A DNA stretch of 64,000 nt, taken from positions 328,847 through 392,846 of the forward strand of contig NIVC01000986.1 in NCBI GenBank assembly GCA_002269645.1. The letters run 5' to 3'. The notes beneath the pieces are model-generated. The model was not told the DNA's origin. It saw nothing but the letters and a program-made list of their open reading frames with translations, and searched no databases. This DNA comes from Macrostomum lignano. Lineage: Eukaryota. A program made the position numbers and the translations under genes. This document shows, piece by piece, positions 24,420 to 33,763 of this stretch (its first letter is position 1; each line of letters begins with the position of its first letter).

Positions 24420-24893
24420 CCGCGGGCTTTGTACTCCCATACTCATAATTTCCGGTTTGTATTCAATAGTTTCTATAGGCGGAGCTTTGGGTTTGTCTAA
24501 ACGTAATTCTTTCAACTCCATATCGGTAAAAGTTTCAACATCCAAAATCCTATTTCTATCTTTTAAATATTTTTCATATAATTCAACCGCCGTTGATAAC
24601 TCATGAATCGTTATCTCTCCATCATCCAATATTTTTTGCACATATAAATATAACTGGTTTTTATATTGTTTAGCAATGTCTCTTAACGATTTATATTTTT
24701 CCTTTCGTTTTTTAAGATATAATTTGATTGCCAAAAGTATTGATAAGTTTCTGATTAATTCAAAACCTGATGTTGAACCAATTGAAATACTTAAAAATTG
24801 AGATAAATTAAGAGTTGGAACAGACTGTAAAATACCCAAAACGATTACACATAACATCGATAAGCTTCCACAACCAATATTGAAAAAATCCAT
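24387..24893 (-). CDS. Putative membrane protein
   Basis: Two hydrophobic stretches in the N-terminal 60 aa followed by a charged helical region. Confidence 0.55.
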   Translation of the reverse strand: MDFFNIGCGSLSMLCVIVLGILQSVPTLNLSQFLSISIGSTSGFELIRNLSILLAIKLYLKKRKEKYKSLRDIAKQYKNQLYLYVQKILDDGEITIHELSTAVELYEKYLKDRNRILDVETFTDMELKELRLDKPKAPPIETIEYKPEIMSMGVQSPRSGSTVELQVV

Positions 24894-25013
24894 ATTTCTG
24901 ATATGGTTTGAAACCCTTCTTACTTTTTTAGTATATAAATCATAATCATAGTTAATGCGATCAACATGTGACCCTTACGTTGGTTAAAATGGTCACGTTC
25001 CCTTTTATCTGCT

Positions 25014-25340
25014 TCAGACACCGACATTTTCGTCTATTTTTAATAGCACCAAAATGAATTCCCCGCGCTCTTTGGGGATTTTTCCTGAGCTCAATAGGTA
25101 TTGTATCGGACTTATTCTTTCTTTTTTCTCCCATTTAAATCCAATCTTCCAAAACTCTTGAAGTATAATATGATTTTTTAATAATTTAATTAATTTTTGA
25201 AGCTTCTTATTATCCTGAACATTCACATTGCTAAATAAAAATTTGGTATGAGATTTGAATGTTTTTATAATCGGTTCTTGTTTAGGAATTGGAATAATAA
25301 CATTATTTTGCCGCATCGATGGAGTTCTACTAAAAGCCAT
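25014..25340 (-). CDS. Basic hypothetical protein
   Basis: 108-aa ORF, TATAAAAATGG start context. Confidence 0.5.
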   Translation of the reverse strand: MAFSRTPSMRQNNVIIPIPKQEPIIKTFKSHTKFLFSNVNVQDNKKLQKLIKLLKNHIILQEFWKIGFKWEKKERISPIQYLLSSGKIPKERGEFILVLLKIDENVGV

Positions 25341-25356
25341 TTTATATATAAATATT

Positions 25357-27227
25357 TTATATTGCTACAGGAGGTTTTTCTAAATAAGCGGTAGAGGGAA
25401 AAACATAACCAAACGATGTGCTACCACAAACGGCTGCGCCACGAATAAAATGTGCAGCATCCGATCCTCCAGTTCGAGCACCAAAACCCATAAGAGTTCC
25501 ACTTTTATCCAAAGTTCCCCAAGTGCCACTATCATATGTGAAAACGTTCTGCCCAATGAGGGTATAAGAATCTGCTGAAACATTGTATAAACTTAATTGA
25601 TACCAAACCCTTTGATTAAGAATATTGATTTCAAACAGATGCCAATCACCATTATCAATGTTGGCGTAGGCTACTGTTTGATCCGCGTCATTAAGAACAT
25701 CTTTACGAACCGTAGATCTGTCTGATTTTTTATTACTCCAAACAACTCCAAACCTATCATGCCACTCACTAGCAAACACTATCAATCCAGCGTCTGTTGC
25801 TAAATCAGTCCCATTTTCCAATGTTGGTCGTTCGTGACAATATGCATAAAACCAAACGGCATCTGCACCACTTCCTGTAGCATTAGCAACTCGGAAAAAG
25901 AAAGACGCAGATATATTTTGAAAATGTGTGAAATTGAATTGTAAAGCACCACTTACACCTGAGGTTTCACGAGTAATTCTAGCACCATTTTGATAATCAA
26001 TATAAGAAGCGTCGCCAATTAAAGACCCAACTAGATATATATCTCCGGCGGTTGTTGGATTTTGATATCCACTCCAGTTACAAATTACTGGCTCGAATAA
26101 TGCGGCATCAATGGCGGGAATATTATCCAATTTGTTTTTATCGCCGGCAGACATTCTACCATTTGAAGTTGGTGTTGCTACCTGATCTACGTACGCTCGC
26201 GGGGTTGCAGAAAGTATTTGATCGGCCAATTAAGATCTTGAATTTCAACTCGGTGTTCAAATAATTGTATTAGGCGAACTTCGATAGGTTGCGTAACTGT
26301 CCCACCAGTTGGGAACAAAACGCTATAATTTCCAAAAATTAACCGTTAAATTAGTTAACGCAAATGAAGTTGCTTGAATTGGTGATCCCGACGTTCGTAA
26401 TACCGTCCATGCATCGGTAGCAACATTTTTTGCGCGCACCGACCACCCTGAGGGTATTTCAATTGTTGCGCTGCCTGTAATTCTTAATTCATTTATTCTT
26501 CGATTATAACCTAAAAATTCAAATTGAATTTCCATATTGGTTGTGGTTCCGGTATTTGGTGACCATTGTGTCGCAAGGCTTCCATCTCCAACTCGAAAAG
26601 CATCGTTGGTATTTTCGGATGCTGTAAGAACAACATCAGGATTTGAAGTATTTGATGTAAGCGGCGTGGCAAAAATATCGGCGTCAGTTACATTAGCTCG
26701 AGCGTTGACTTGGCCGAGATTTACCGAGTCTGTGTCCTCTGTTCCAAATAATAAATTTGTTAATTTAAAATTATTCATATTAATATTGCCAGTACGACTA
26801 CCAACCTGATTATCGACATAGTTCTTATCAACTACCGAGTTATTCGTTGTAATTGCAACATTTATAATTCGATTGTTATCCATATCTAAGGTTCCGGTTG
26901 CGGTGGTTTGAACATAGCGTGAATCAGAATCAGTTCGAGAATAAGAATCAGTTATATCTCTTTTTAAATTTAACCCAGTGTCAACTTCTGTTCTCGTATA
27001 TGAATCACTAATATCTCTTTTAAGATTTAATGAAGTGTCGATTTCGGTTTTGGTATAGGAATCTGCAACATTTCTTTTTAAATTTAGTTTAGTATCAATT
27101 TCAGTTTTTTATAACCTTCATCTTCATTAATATATCGGTTATCTCCGAATGTAACACTTATTCCGCCAGTTGTACCACCACCAGTACTTGTTGTTCCATT
27201 CCATGAGAGTGTTCCAGAAAATATCAT
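25357..27227 (-). pseudogene. Fibre/receptor-binding-like protein (YTKTEID repeats + discoidin-like + ConA/L-lectin-like domains), three 1-nt shifts
   Basis: Manual joining of frames: 17-aa KRD..DSYT(K/R)TE.D..LNL repeats, VDKNYVD, MSAGDKNKLDNI, GDGSLATQW, GADAVWF, DNGDWHLFEI. Confidence 0.6.
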
Positions 27228-27237
27228 TTTTTACTGC

Positions 27238-27651
27238 CTATTTTATAGAGTCTAAAATCGCCTTAAAGTCTTCGGGTCTTTCCTTAGATTTGTTAATTTT
27301 ATATAAAAAATATAACGCCGCCTGTCCGCAATAACTTTTGTCAAATGTTAGAAACTGTTCGTGATGATCTCCACATAATCGGTTTTTAGTATGATTAAAT
27401 TTGTCTTTTATTTCCTGTAACGGAGGAAGGGCATATGAATCAAAAAAATAAACAAGTTTGGGTTTTGAATAAACTGCTGACCAATGAACGCCATAACATG
27501 AACATCCATATTTTGGTAAGTCTTTGATCTCATCTCGCATAACACATCTTAATGGTTTTATCTTTAGTTGTCGCGCCCAATTTGTCAATTCAATATTGCT
27601 TGTTGTGTCAGTTCCATATCTTTGTTTGAAATCGCCCCAAGTTATTACCAT
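27238..27651 (-). CDS. Adenain-like cysteine protease
   Basis: HW, YFFDSY, Q....SYCG catalytic motifs. The segment before HW looks shorter than usual. Confidence 0.85.
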   Translation of the reverse strand: MVITWGDFKQRYGTDTTSNIELTNWARQLKIKPLRCVMRDEIKDLPKYGCSCYGVHWSAVYSKPKLVYFFDSYALPPLQEIKDKFNHTKNRLCGDHHEQFLTFDKSYCGQAALYFLYKINKSKERPEDFKAILDSIK

Positions 27652-27652
27652 T

Positions 27653-27826
27653 TTATGTTGCTGAAAAACTCTTGGTTTTGGTTAGTTTCGTAGGTGTGGG
27701 TTTTAACAACTCCTTTCGGATTTTTTCTGCTTGAAGTTGTTTCAATTTTGTTAGTTCGATTTCATAATTATCCTTTGCATTTTGAACTTTATCTGATAGT
27801 TTTTTTATACCATTATTATTACCCAT
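27653..27826 (-). CDS. 57-aa basic protein (MGNNNG start), below the ORF-track cutoff
   Basis: Fills the gap between penton and protease exactly; TAAAAATGG context. Confidence 0.5.
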   Translation of the reverse strand: MGNNNGIKKLSDKVQNAKDNYEIELTKLKQLQAEKIRKELLKPTPTKLTKTKSFSAT

Positions 27827-27836
27827 TTTTACTATA

Positions 27837-28622
27837 TTAAACCTGTTTTATACGTAAAATTACCGTTATTGACTGTCCGCCAAAACTTATTAACCTATCG
27901 CTTTCGTCTACGATCCTAATATAAATTGATAGAACACTATATTGATTTAAAGGATAATATATTGGGGTTTGGGTTGCAACAATCATTTTCTCTCCAATTG
28001 GAACAGCAAGAAAGGGAATTGAATAAATGATGCCACGTTGAACCAAAACTCCGTTATCATCTGTTATATAACCGCCGTTTGATATGTCGGTTGTTATATT
28101 AATTGTATTGACTCCACCCTCAATGTTTCCCACTGTATCGCCGGTGCTTGATGTGGTAACTATTCGGGAATTAAATCCTAGTATGGTTCTGAGTGAATTT
28201 GCTATTGTGAAATCAACCTGATATCCAGATCCTAGTGATAGCGTGAATCTTCCCGATGGTAAATCAACCCCTATAACAATCGCGCCCGCTACCCAATCAC
28301 CATTAGCTGTTAATTCTCCTTCTATATAAGCATTCAAATCGGTATAGCTATAAGCCCCTGGATTAACGCTAAATGTTGTCCAATTGGCTCCTGAATCTTT
28401 AGAATATCTAAATTGATTATTTGTTGCATTAATTAATTGAGGCATGTTAAAAACTGAAAATAGTATCAAACCTATTTGATAACTTAGGCTTTGATCGAGT
28501 TGTAACGGATCGCGCAATTGAATCCGTTGCTCGCTGCTTGTCATTATAAACTGTAAGGTTGTACTAAATTTTGAATTAGTTCGATCTACCAATTGTTTTA
28601 TAGTGTCTAAATTTGTTGCCAT
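27837..28622 (-). CDS. Minor capsid protein (penton, single jelly roll)
   Basis: 261 aa; PLQLD, NNQFRYS, PGAYSY, SLRTILGF, PIYYPL, IVDESDRLISFGG match the Polinton minor capsid pattern and position. Confidence 0.8.
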   Translation of the reverse strand: MATNLDTIKQLVDRTNSKFSTTLQFIMTSSEQRIQLRDPLQLDQSLSYQIGLILFSVFNMPQLINATNNQFRYSKDSGANWTTFSVNPGAYSYTDLNAYIEGELTANGDWVAGAIVIGVDLPSGRFTLSLGSGYQVDFTIANSLRTILGFNSRIVTTSSTGDTVGNIEGGVNTINITTDISNGGYITDDNGVLVQRGIIYSIPFLAVPIGEKMIVATQTPIYYPLNQYSVLSIYIRIVDESDRLISFGGQSITVILRIKQV

Positions 28623-28666
28623 TTTTATAGTGGGAATTGTGCTTTAATCAGCCCATGGGCTGCAGA

Positions 28667-29439
28667 CTAAGACTGATCCTCGTCCTCGTTATCTTCATTT
28701 ATCAGATTTTTAAAGATTCGATTTTTCCTTTCAAGTCTTGGGTTGATATATATGTGTTTGTATTGACTATCATCCCAAATTTTTTTACTCATACTTTTAA
28801 ATGGTTTTGTATCCAACCCAGGATTAAATATAGCGTGTATATTTTGTAGATCGTAGTTATCCAAATCAAACATTACACAACAACTTGCATTCTTTTTTAT
28901 AATCGGTTCTAATTCTCTAAAGGACTGTGTTAGATAAACAGCTCCAATTCCATCACCTCTGCCACTAACAAAATTTCCTTTTGCAATTCTTGATCGCCAT
29001 CGTTAATACAATCGTCAAAAATATTTAGTGTTTTATCATGTTTTGGAATTTGATCGTAGGATAATCGGGTTGATACTCTAACATTTGGGGCTCGGTTGTT
29101 AGTGATAGTGTTTTCTGGATCTTCTGCCGTTGTTTTACATAAATCCTCAATGTCTGATAGAGTAAATCGCGGTTCGTCAACATCCTCATATTTCTCATAA
29201 GCCCTTAACATTCTAAACAAGATATCTTTTTTTAATTTGTTTTTTAATCCATGTTTAAGAAATTCATAATATTTTATTCTAGGTTTGTTAGTATATATTA
29301 ATAAATTATTATAGTCTAACATTCCGTCGGTTGTTAACAGGTCATAAACAAAGTGTGTTTTTCCTTTACCTGACCCTTCAATTACTAAACAAAGAAAAGG
29401 ATCGTTTGGAAATATAATATTGTGTTTTGCTTTTACCAT
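28667..29439 (-). pseudogene. A32/FtsK-like packaging ATPase (one frameshift)
   Basis: Walker A GSGKGKT, Walker B NIFDD. Adding one T at the A4 run 28970-28973 gives GRGDGIGAVYLTQS and joins ORF 28667-28873. Confidence 0.85.
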
Positions 29440-29458
29440 TTTTAAGGAAATAATTTAT

Positions 29459-30940
29459 CTAATTTTTATCTAAGGGCACATCCCAAACGATAGTGCCGTC
29501 TGCTTTAGCAATTGACATATATTCCTCTAGAAACAATACGTGGGCGTCTATTGCCTGATTGCTGGTTTTATTAATCTCTAACATATAATTAAGTCCAACA
29601 TTGGATACGTTTTCTTTCTGTGCCATTAGATCATAAACAACCACTGGGTGAATGTTTAGAAACTCTGTGGTTGTGTACTGAGGGACAGCATACGCTTCAT
29701 TTTTGACATAATCCTGATAATATTTTATAAAATCATTGACATCATTATTTGCTATGTTTAGATTAAGGGGGTCTTTAACCGGATAATATTTGTCATCAAC
29801 CTGCAGGCGGATATTCTGAACATTAAACTCGTTAATAGCCGAAACCGCGTTGTCGGTTGCGGTGGCTGCTTGTGCTGCTATGTCACCCAATTGAAGCCAA
29901 TATAAATCCCCATTTGCTCTTTTACTCCTTCTGTTTGTTATCTTAAACCAAACAAAAATATATCTCACCCGACGTTTTGATGTAATTATCTGCCACTGGA
30001 ACGAATCCTGGTTATTATTAATGGTTCGCATAAAGTGTCGACGATTCAAATAAAATATTTCTTGATCAACCATTAACTGATTATCGACATGTTTTAAAAG
30101 CGGCGCCGTTAGCTCGAGTTTTGGCACGACTAATTGAATTGATGCTATGCGAACTGCTATATCGGTTGAAATCGAGGTTCCATAAAGTATCCTAGGCTGA
30201 TATCCACCAGAAATTTGCAACTGTATCCCAAATTTTAATCCTTTCCATACCCGATTTGGTGAGAAGAACCCAAATAGTGGGAAGATTGAAAAGTCCTGCT
30301 CATATGCGGTTGCTGTGGTTAAAACCGCGACTGGGAATTTATTCTGACGATCTATAAAACCTGTATTAATATATTTTGTGTTAGTCATGGTGGTTACAAC
30401 TGGAACTATATTGGTATTAAGATAAGCAATAAGAGCTGCGGTATCTGCGCCAGCTGCATTTTGTACGTTAGGGAAAACTACTGCTTGACCATTACCCTTA
30501 TCAGGCATCCATCCAACACTATCACCAACTTGTTTTGATAAATAAGTATAATTTAAATGTTTCAAAACTCCATTAATCTCTGCTGGGTTTGATGCTGTCT
30601 CAACCTCGGCTCCATTAACTGTTAGTTGGGCTTGGGAAAAACATTTATAAAACCAATCATTTTCTATAATAATACCAGAACGATCTGCGATATCGCCGGC
30701 TGCAAGAGCGGTTCCATCATTTCTGGTATACAACCATCTAACGCGGAAAAATGCGTTTTTCATATCCAAAACGCTGTCGGCCGCGCCAATGTCAAAAGTT
30801 ACCGTTCCGGTAGTAAAGTTATTTGAATTATCGCTTGTTGTTAGAGTATAATTTAAATCTCTTGCCCTGACCTCATTAATATACTGACGATGCTTTTTGA
30901 AATGAAATTTATCGCTCCATATGGTTTTTGTTTCAGCCAT
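29459..30940 (-). CDS. Major capsid protein (double jelly roll)
   Basis: Intact 493-aa beta-rich ORF next to ATPase/penton/protease; LDMKNAFFRV, FSQAQLTVNG, RVRYIFVWF, VDDKYYP, PVVVYDL. Confidence 0.85.
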   Translation of the reverse strand: MAETKTIWSDKFHFKKHRQYINEVRARDLNYTLTTSDNSNNFTTGTVTFDIGAADSVLDMKNAFFRVRWLYTRNDGTALAAGDIADRSGIIIENDWFYKCFSQAQLTVNGAEVETASNPAEINGVLKHLNYTYLSKQVGDSVGWMPDKGNGQAVVFPNVQNAAGADTAALIAYLNTNIVPVVTTMTNTKYINTGFIDRQNKFPVAVLTTATAYEQDFSIFPLFGFFSPNRVWKGLKFGIQLQISGGYQPRILYGTSISTDIAVRIASIQLVVPKLELTAPLLKHVDNQLMVDQEIFYLNRRHFMRTINNNQDSFQWQIITSKRRVRYIFVWFKITNRRSKRANGDLYWLQLGDIAAQAATATDNAVSAINEFNVQNIRLQVDDKYYPVKDPLNLNIANNDVNDFIKYYQDYVKNEAYAVPQYTTTEFLNIHPVVVYDLMAQKENVSNVGLNYMLEINKTSNQAIDAHVLFLEEYMSIAKADGTIVWDVPLDKN

Positions 30941-30974
30941 TTTTTTAAGTTAAAAAAGTTTTTTATGTTAAAAA

Positions 30975-31598
30975 ATGAGTCAATTTATGGATGTTGATGG
31001 AGAGTTAGCGATTTATAAAGAGAAGCAAAGATATTCTGATTTTGTTAGAAACTTACAAAAAAGAAAGTTAGGAATACAATTAGCTGGCGAAAAATTTGCT
31101 GCTCCTTTTGTTAATCCTATAATGGGGAAAATTAGTGAACTAGAAAAAACAGATAAAGACCTTCTTGAAAAAATTGCTAAGAATACGGAGCCAAAAGAGG
31201 ATGAAATTTTGGATGAGCCGCCTGCTTATGATGTTGATCAAGCGCTATTGAGAGTTGCAGAGATTAGACGTGCAGAGCGGGGTGGAGTTGATGAATATCC
31301 GAGAGCTGCACCACAAAGTATTGCTGTGGTGGATTTAGGTAATGATAATTATCGAATTGGTGGATTTGATAAAAATCGGAATGAGCTATATAGAGAATTG
31401 GGTGGAGCATATAATATTATTATGAACCCTAGGGTAAGATTTAACCCTGAATTATATACTAGGGATGAATTAGTAAGTGCTAAAAATTTTTATGATGAAT
31501 TAGGAGTAAGAGCTGCTAAAAATACCAGCTTGTATAAAAGGATTGTTGATTCTATAAATAACAAACCGGCTGTTGGTGAAGGATTTAAAACTCCGTGA
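30975..31598 (+). CDS. Hypothetical Polinton protein
   Basis: 207-aa ORF divergent from the MCP gene; ends VGEGFKTP. Confidence 0.6.
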   Translation: MSQFMDVDGELAIYKEKQRYSDFVRNLQKRKLGIQLAGEKFAAPFVNPIMGKISELEKTDKDLLEKIAKNTEPKEDEILDEPPAYDVDQALLRVAEIRRAERGGVDEYPRAAPQSIAVVDLGNDNYRIGGFDKNRNELYRELGGAYNIIMNPRVRFNPELYTRDELVSAKNFYDELGVRAAKNTSLYKRIVDSINNKPAVGEGFKTP

Positions 31599-31666
31599 AA
31601 ACTTGTTTTAGCTGCTGCGAAAGCTGCTGGACATACGGGAATTTAGTTAAATTTATTTTTTATAAA

Positions 31667-32239
31667 ATGGAAACTAAAAAGATTTGTACTAAGTGTAAAG
31701 AAGAAAAACCAATGACTAAAGAGTTTTTTTGTTGGAGAAATGATTCAAAAAAAATTAGAAATGATTGTCGATTGTGTCATAATACTTCGTCTACGATGTG
31801 GATGAAAAACAATAAAGATAAATGGAAAGAATATAGAAAAAATAAATATCACACTGATGAAAATTACAAAAATATTACTTTAATTAGAAATAGAATAAAT
31901 AGGTCATTATCAACTTTTAATGACAAGGACTATATCTCATATCTTGGTTGTACAAAAGAATTCTTTTTTGATTGGCTAAATTTTACAAGAAATTATTATG
32001 TGTCAAAAGATTATGATGGTGCTTTACATATTGATCATTTAATTCCAGCTTCTTCATTTAGTTACAAAGACGAACATCAGATGAAAAAGTCTGAACATTG
32101 GACAAATAAAAGATACTTAACTAGTGTAGATAATTACTATAAAAAAGTTAAACAACCAACCATCGAAGAGTTTGCAAAACAATTAGTGTTAACTTGTATT
32201 TTTAAGGCTATTAAAAATGAGCAATCAATTAGTATTTGA
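31667..32239 (+). CDS. HNH-type (endonuclease VII-like) nuclease with N-terminal Zn finger
   Basis: CTKC...CRLC, YLGCT..FF.W, HIDHLIP, HWTN...DN..K, resembling large-DNA-virus homing endonucleases. Confidence 0.75.
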   Translation: METKKICTKCKEEKPMTKEFFCWRNDSKKIRNDCRLCHNTSSTMWMKNNKDKWKEYRKNKYHTDENYKNITLIRNRINRSLSTFNDKDYISYLGCTKEFFFDWLNFTRNYYVSKDYDGALHIDHLIPASSFSYKDEHQMKKSEHWTNKRYLTSVDNYYKKVKQPTIEEFAKQLVLTCIFKAIKNEQSISI

Positions 32240-32345
32240 AGGAGGATTGTTGGATGTTCAAAAAGGATTAACAAGCTTACCACCAATCTTTACTACTGGG
32301 AAGCATACAAATGAACTACATATTCCAGGCTATTCATTTACAGGT
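32217..32345 (+). pseudogene. 5' end of the PLA2-integrase gene
   Basis: MSNQLVFEGGLLDVQKG...ELHIPGYSFTG; continues at ~39384 (GTRLDLRLNP). Confidence 0.8.
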
Positions 32346-32886
32346 TAACCCGTGGCCTGAGTGGTAGAAGCAAAGCTACTGCTAGTCACTATTTGTGGCG
32401 ACATCTTCAAATTGCGTGAAACCCGTCATACAGCTTCAAGTACCACTTCAACTGAGAAATCTTTTGAAGGCCCTACTCTCCTTGCATGGATAAATCATGG
32501 ATGAAGCATCCATGATGCCATGTATGGATCATACCTGAACATGTATGGAGCCATACCTGATCATACATGGTTCCACGTAAACTTCATCCATGGTTACTTT
32601 CCATCCATGTACATTGATGTATGATTTTAAATATAATTTTCCTTACTACACTACTGTTAGTAGAACGCAATGTTTGCGTAGGTTCATTTTAAAGCTGAAA
32701 TTTTCTAAACAAATTCGGCAGCATCTTTAGTGCTGCTGAGAAATATGTTTCCATTCCCTTATAAATCACTTTCAAAACAAAAAAGTATCAGAACAAATAC
32801 TTATGCAATTAAATGTAGAAGTAATTGAAAACTCGTATGATGACCATTTCGAGACTTATATTATTAATGATAATTAGGCATAATTC

Positions 32887-33434
32887 ATTTCAAAGTACTG
32901 TAAGAAAAAATAAGACAGCTCAGTCTCAGAGAGCTTTAAAATACAGAATGGACAGAATTTGACGCATTTCAAGGTACTGTAAGAAAAAATAAGACAGCTC
33001 AGAGAGCTTTAAAATACAGAATAGACAGAATTTGACGCATTTCAAGGTACTGTAAGAAAAAATAAAACAGCTCAGAGAGCTTTAAAATACAGAATAGACA
33101 GAATTTGACGCATTTCAAGGTACTGTAAGAAAAAATAAAACAGCTCAGAGAGCTTTAAAATACAGAATAGACAGAATTTGACGCATTTCAAGGTACTGTA
33201 AGAAAAAATAAAACAGCTCAGAGAGCTTTAAAATACAGAATAGACAGAATTTGACGCATTTCAAGGTACTGTAAGAAAAATAAAACAGCTCAGAGAGCTT
33301 TAAGATACAGAATAGACAGAATTTGACGCATTTCAAGGTACTGTAAGAAAAAATAAAACAGCTCAGAGAGCTTTAAGATACAGAATAGACAGAATTTGAC
33401 GCATTTCAAGGTACTGTAAGAAAAAATAAAACAG
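32887..33434 (+). repeat. 73-bp tandem repeat, ~7.5 copies
   Basis: GTACTG phase points at 32974, 33047, 33120, 33193, 33266, 33338, 33411. Confidence 0.95.
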
Positions 33435-33763
33435 TAAATTTTACTGAACAGTCAATAAATAGAATTAGCCGAATTCGGTACGCATTAAGGGCAAGGGCCG
33501 ACTAATCCTTTACGAAACGAAGTTAATGCTGCATTAGTCAATTATTTGCGCACAGAAACTTGGAGATTTTGAATATGGAGAGATCGGACAAAGAGAGGTA
33601 ACGGTGGGAGTCTGAGAGGGAGGAAGTTGGGCATCTGGAAAGTTATTCTGATTCCCTGATGGTTTTATCTTGGTCATGGAGCATAATTTTATTTTCTGCC
33701 AGACTTTGCAGCATTAATAATAAAATAATCGGATCTAAGGTACGGACACATACTCGTACCTTT

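Noticed and set aside
32887-33434. 73-bp array as CRISPR-like
   Set aside because: Head-to-tail near-identical units without spacers.
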